This document shows positions 63,657 to 64,000 of a stretch of DNA of 64,000 nucleotides, in pieces. The stretch's first letter is position 1. Each line of letters begins with the position of its first letter. Made by a program: the position numbers and the translations under genes. The notes below the pieces were generated by a model. The model had not been told where the DNA came from. It did no database searches and was given only the letters and a program-made list of their open reading frames with translations. The DNA lies in sequence record OZ196212.1, one strand, 5' to 3'.

Positions 63657-64000
63657 ATGACTATCACTAAAATTCAAATCGAAACTATCGCACAAGACTT
63701 AATGAGCGGCAACAACGCAATGGGACGCGACCTTATTTCTGAAGGTTGGACATTCGGTTGGTCAACTCGTAAAGCTGCACTTGGTGATTGTTCTTACCGT
63801 GACCGTCATATTCGTCTTTCTTCAGTGTTTCTAAATGCACGTACGCTAGATGAGCAAATCAACACAATCACACACGAAATGGCTCACGCTATCGCATGGA
63901 CTGATTTCAACGAGCGTGGTCACGGTGCAACTTGGAAACGTGTTCATCGTCAACTAGGTGGTACTGCGGAACGTTGTTCTTCAGTTTCTAACCCTGACGC
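63657..64000 (+). CDS. SprT-like zinc metalloprotease (runs off the window), missing from the ORF track
   Basis: Hand translation ...LGDCSYRDRHIRLS...TITHEMAHA...GHGATWKRVHRQLGG; leader GAGAGAACATTATG. Confidence 0.85.
   Translation, partial: MTITKIQIETIAQDLMSGNNAMGRDLISEGWTFGWSTRKAALGDCSYRDRHIRLSSVFLNARTLDEQINTITHEMAHAIAWTDFNERGHGATWKRVHRQLGGTAERCSSVSNPD

Overview
A 64-kb, gene-dense piece of a T4-like myovirus genome (Straboviridae). The gene order resembles what I recall for the KVP40/nt-1 (Schizotequatrovirus-type) vibriophages: a CCA-adding enzyme right after gp23, a ClpP-like gene between frd and uvsX, a sirtuin, fused gp39+60, and gp34-35 divergent from rnh. The window holds the head/tail morphogenesis block (17-18-19-20-67-68-21-22-23), a late accessory structural operon with Inh-like genes, uvsW/uvsY, proximal tail fibre genes 34-35, and the replication/nucleotide block (rnh, dsbA, 33, 59, 32, frd, uvsX, 40, 41, nrdD/G, 61, dut, dexA, td, 39+60, 30). 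It also has an Alt-like ADP-ribosyltransferase and many small early ORFs. I saw no tRNA, rRNA, CRISPR array, intron or transposase. Most interesting: (1) a third promoter class, TGTTTAAC-N16/17-TATAAT, before uvsY, dsbA, 61 and the ligase cluster (T4 middle-mode genes), plus an early protein that may carry a MotA-like double-wing domain; (2) a set of late genes with capsid-targeting/gp21-cleavage-like N-termini, including Alt, two Alt-N-like modular proteins and a very acidic small protein; (3) a late PD-(D/E)XK nuclease whose ribosome-binding site sits in a hairpin that only late transcripts escape; (4) a gp61.1-like protein whose tail mimics the mature gp23 N-arm; (5) three Inh/Hoc-like C-terminal motifs; (6) a phage mini-pilin; (7) terminator hairpins that double as early promoter -35 elements; (8) an exact 9-bp-period array next to the uvsY promoter. 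All product calls come from motif recognition and synteny by eye; no database search was run.
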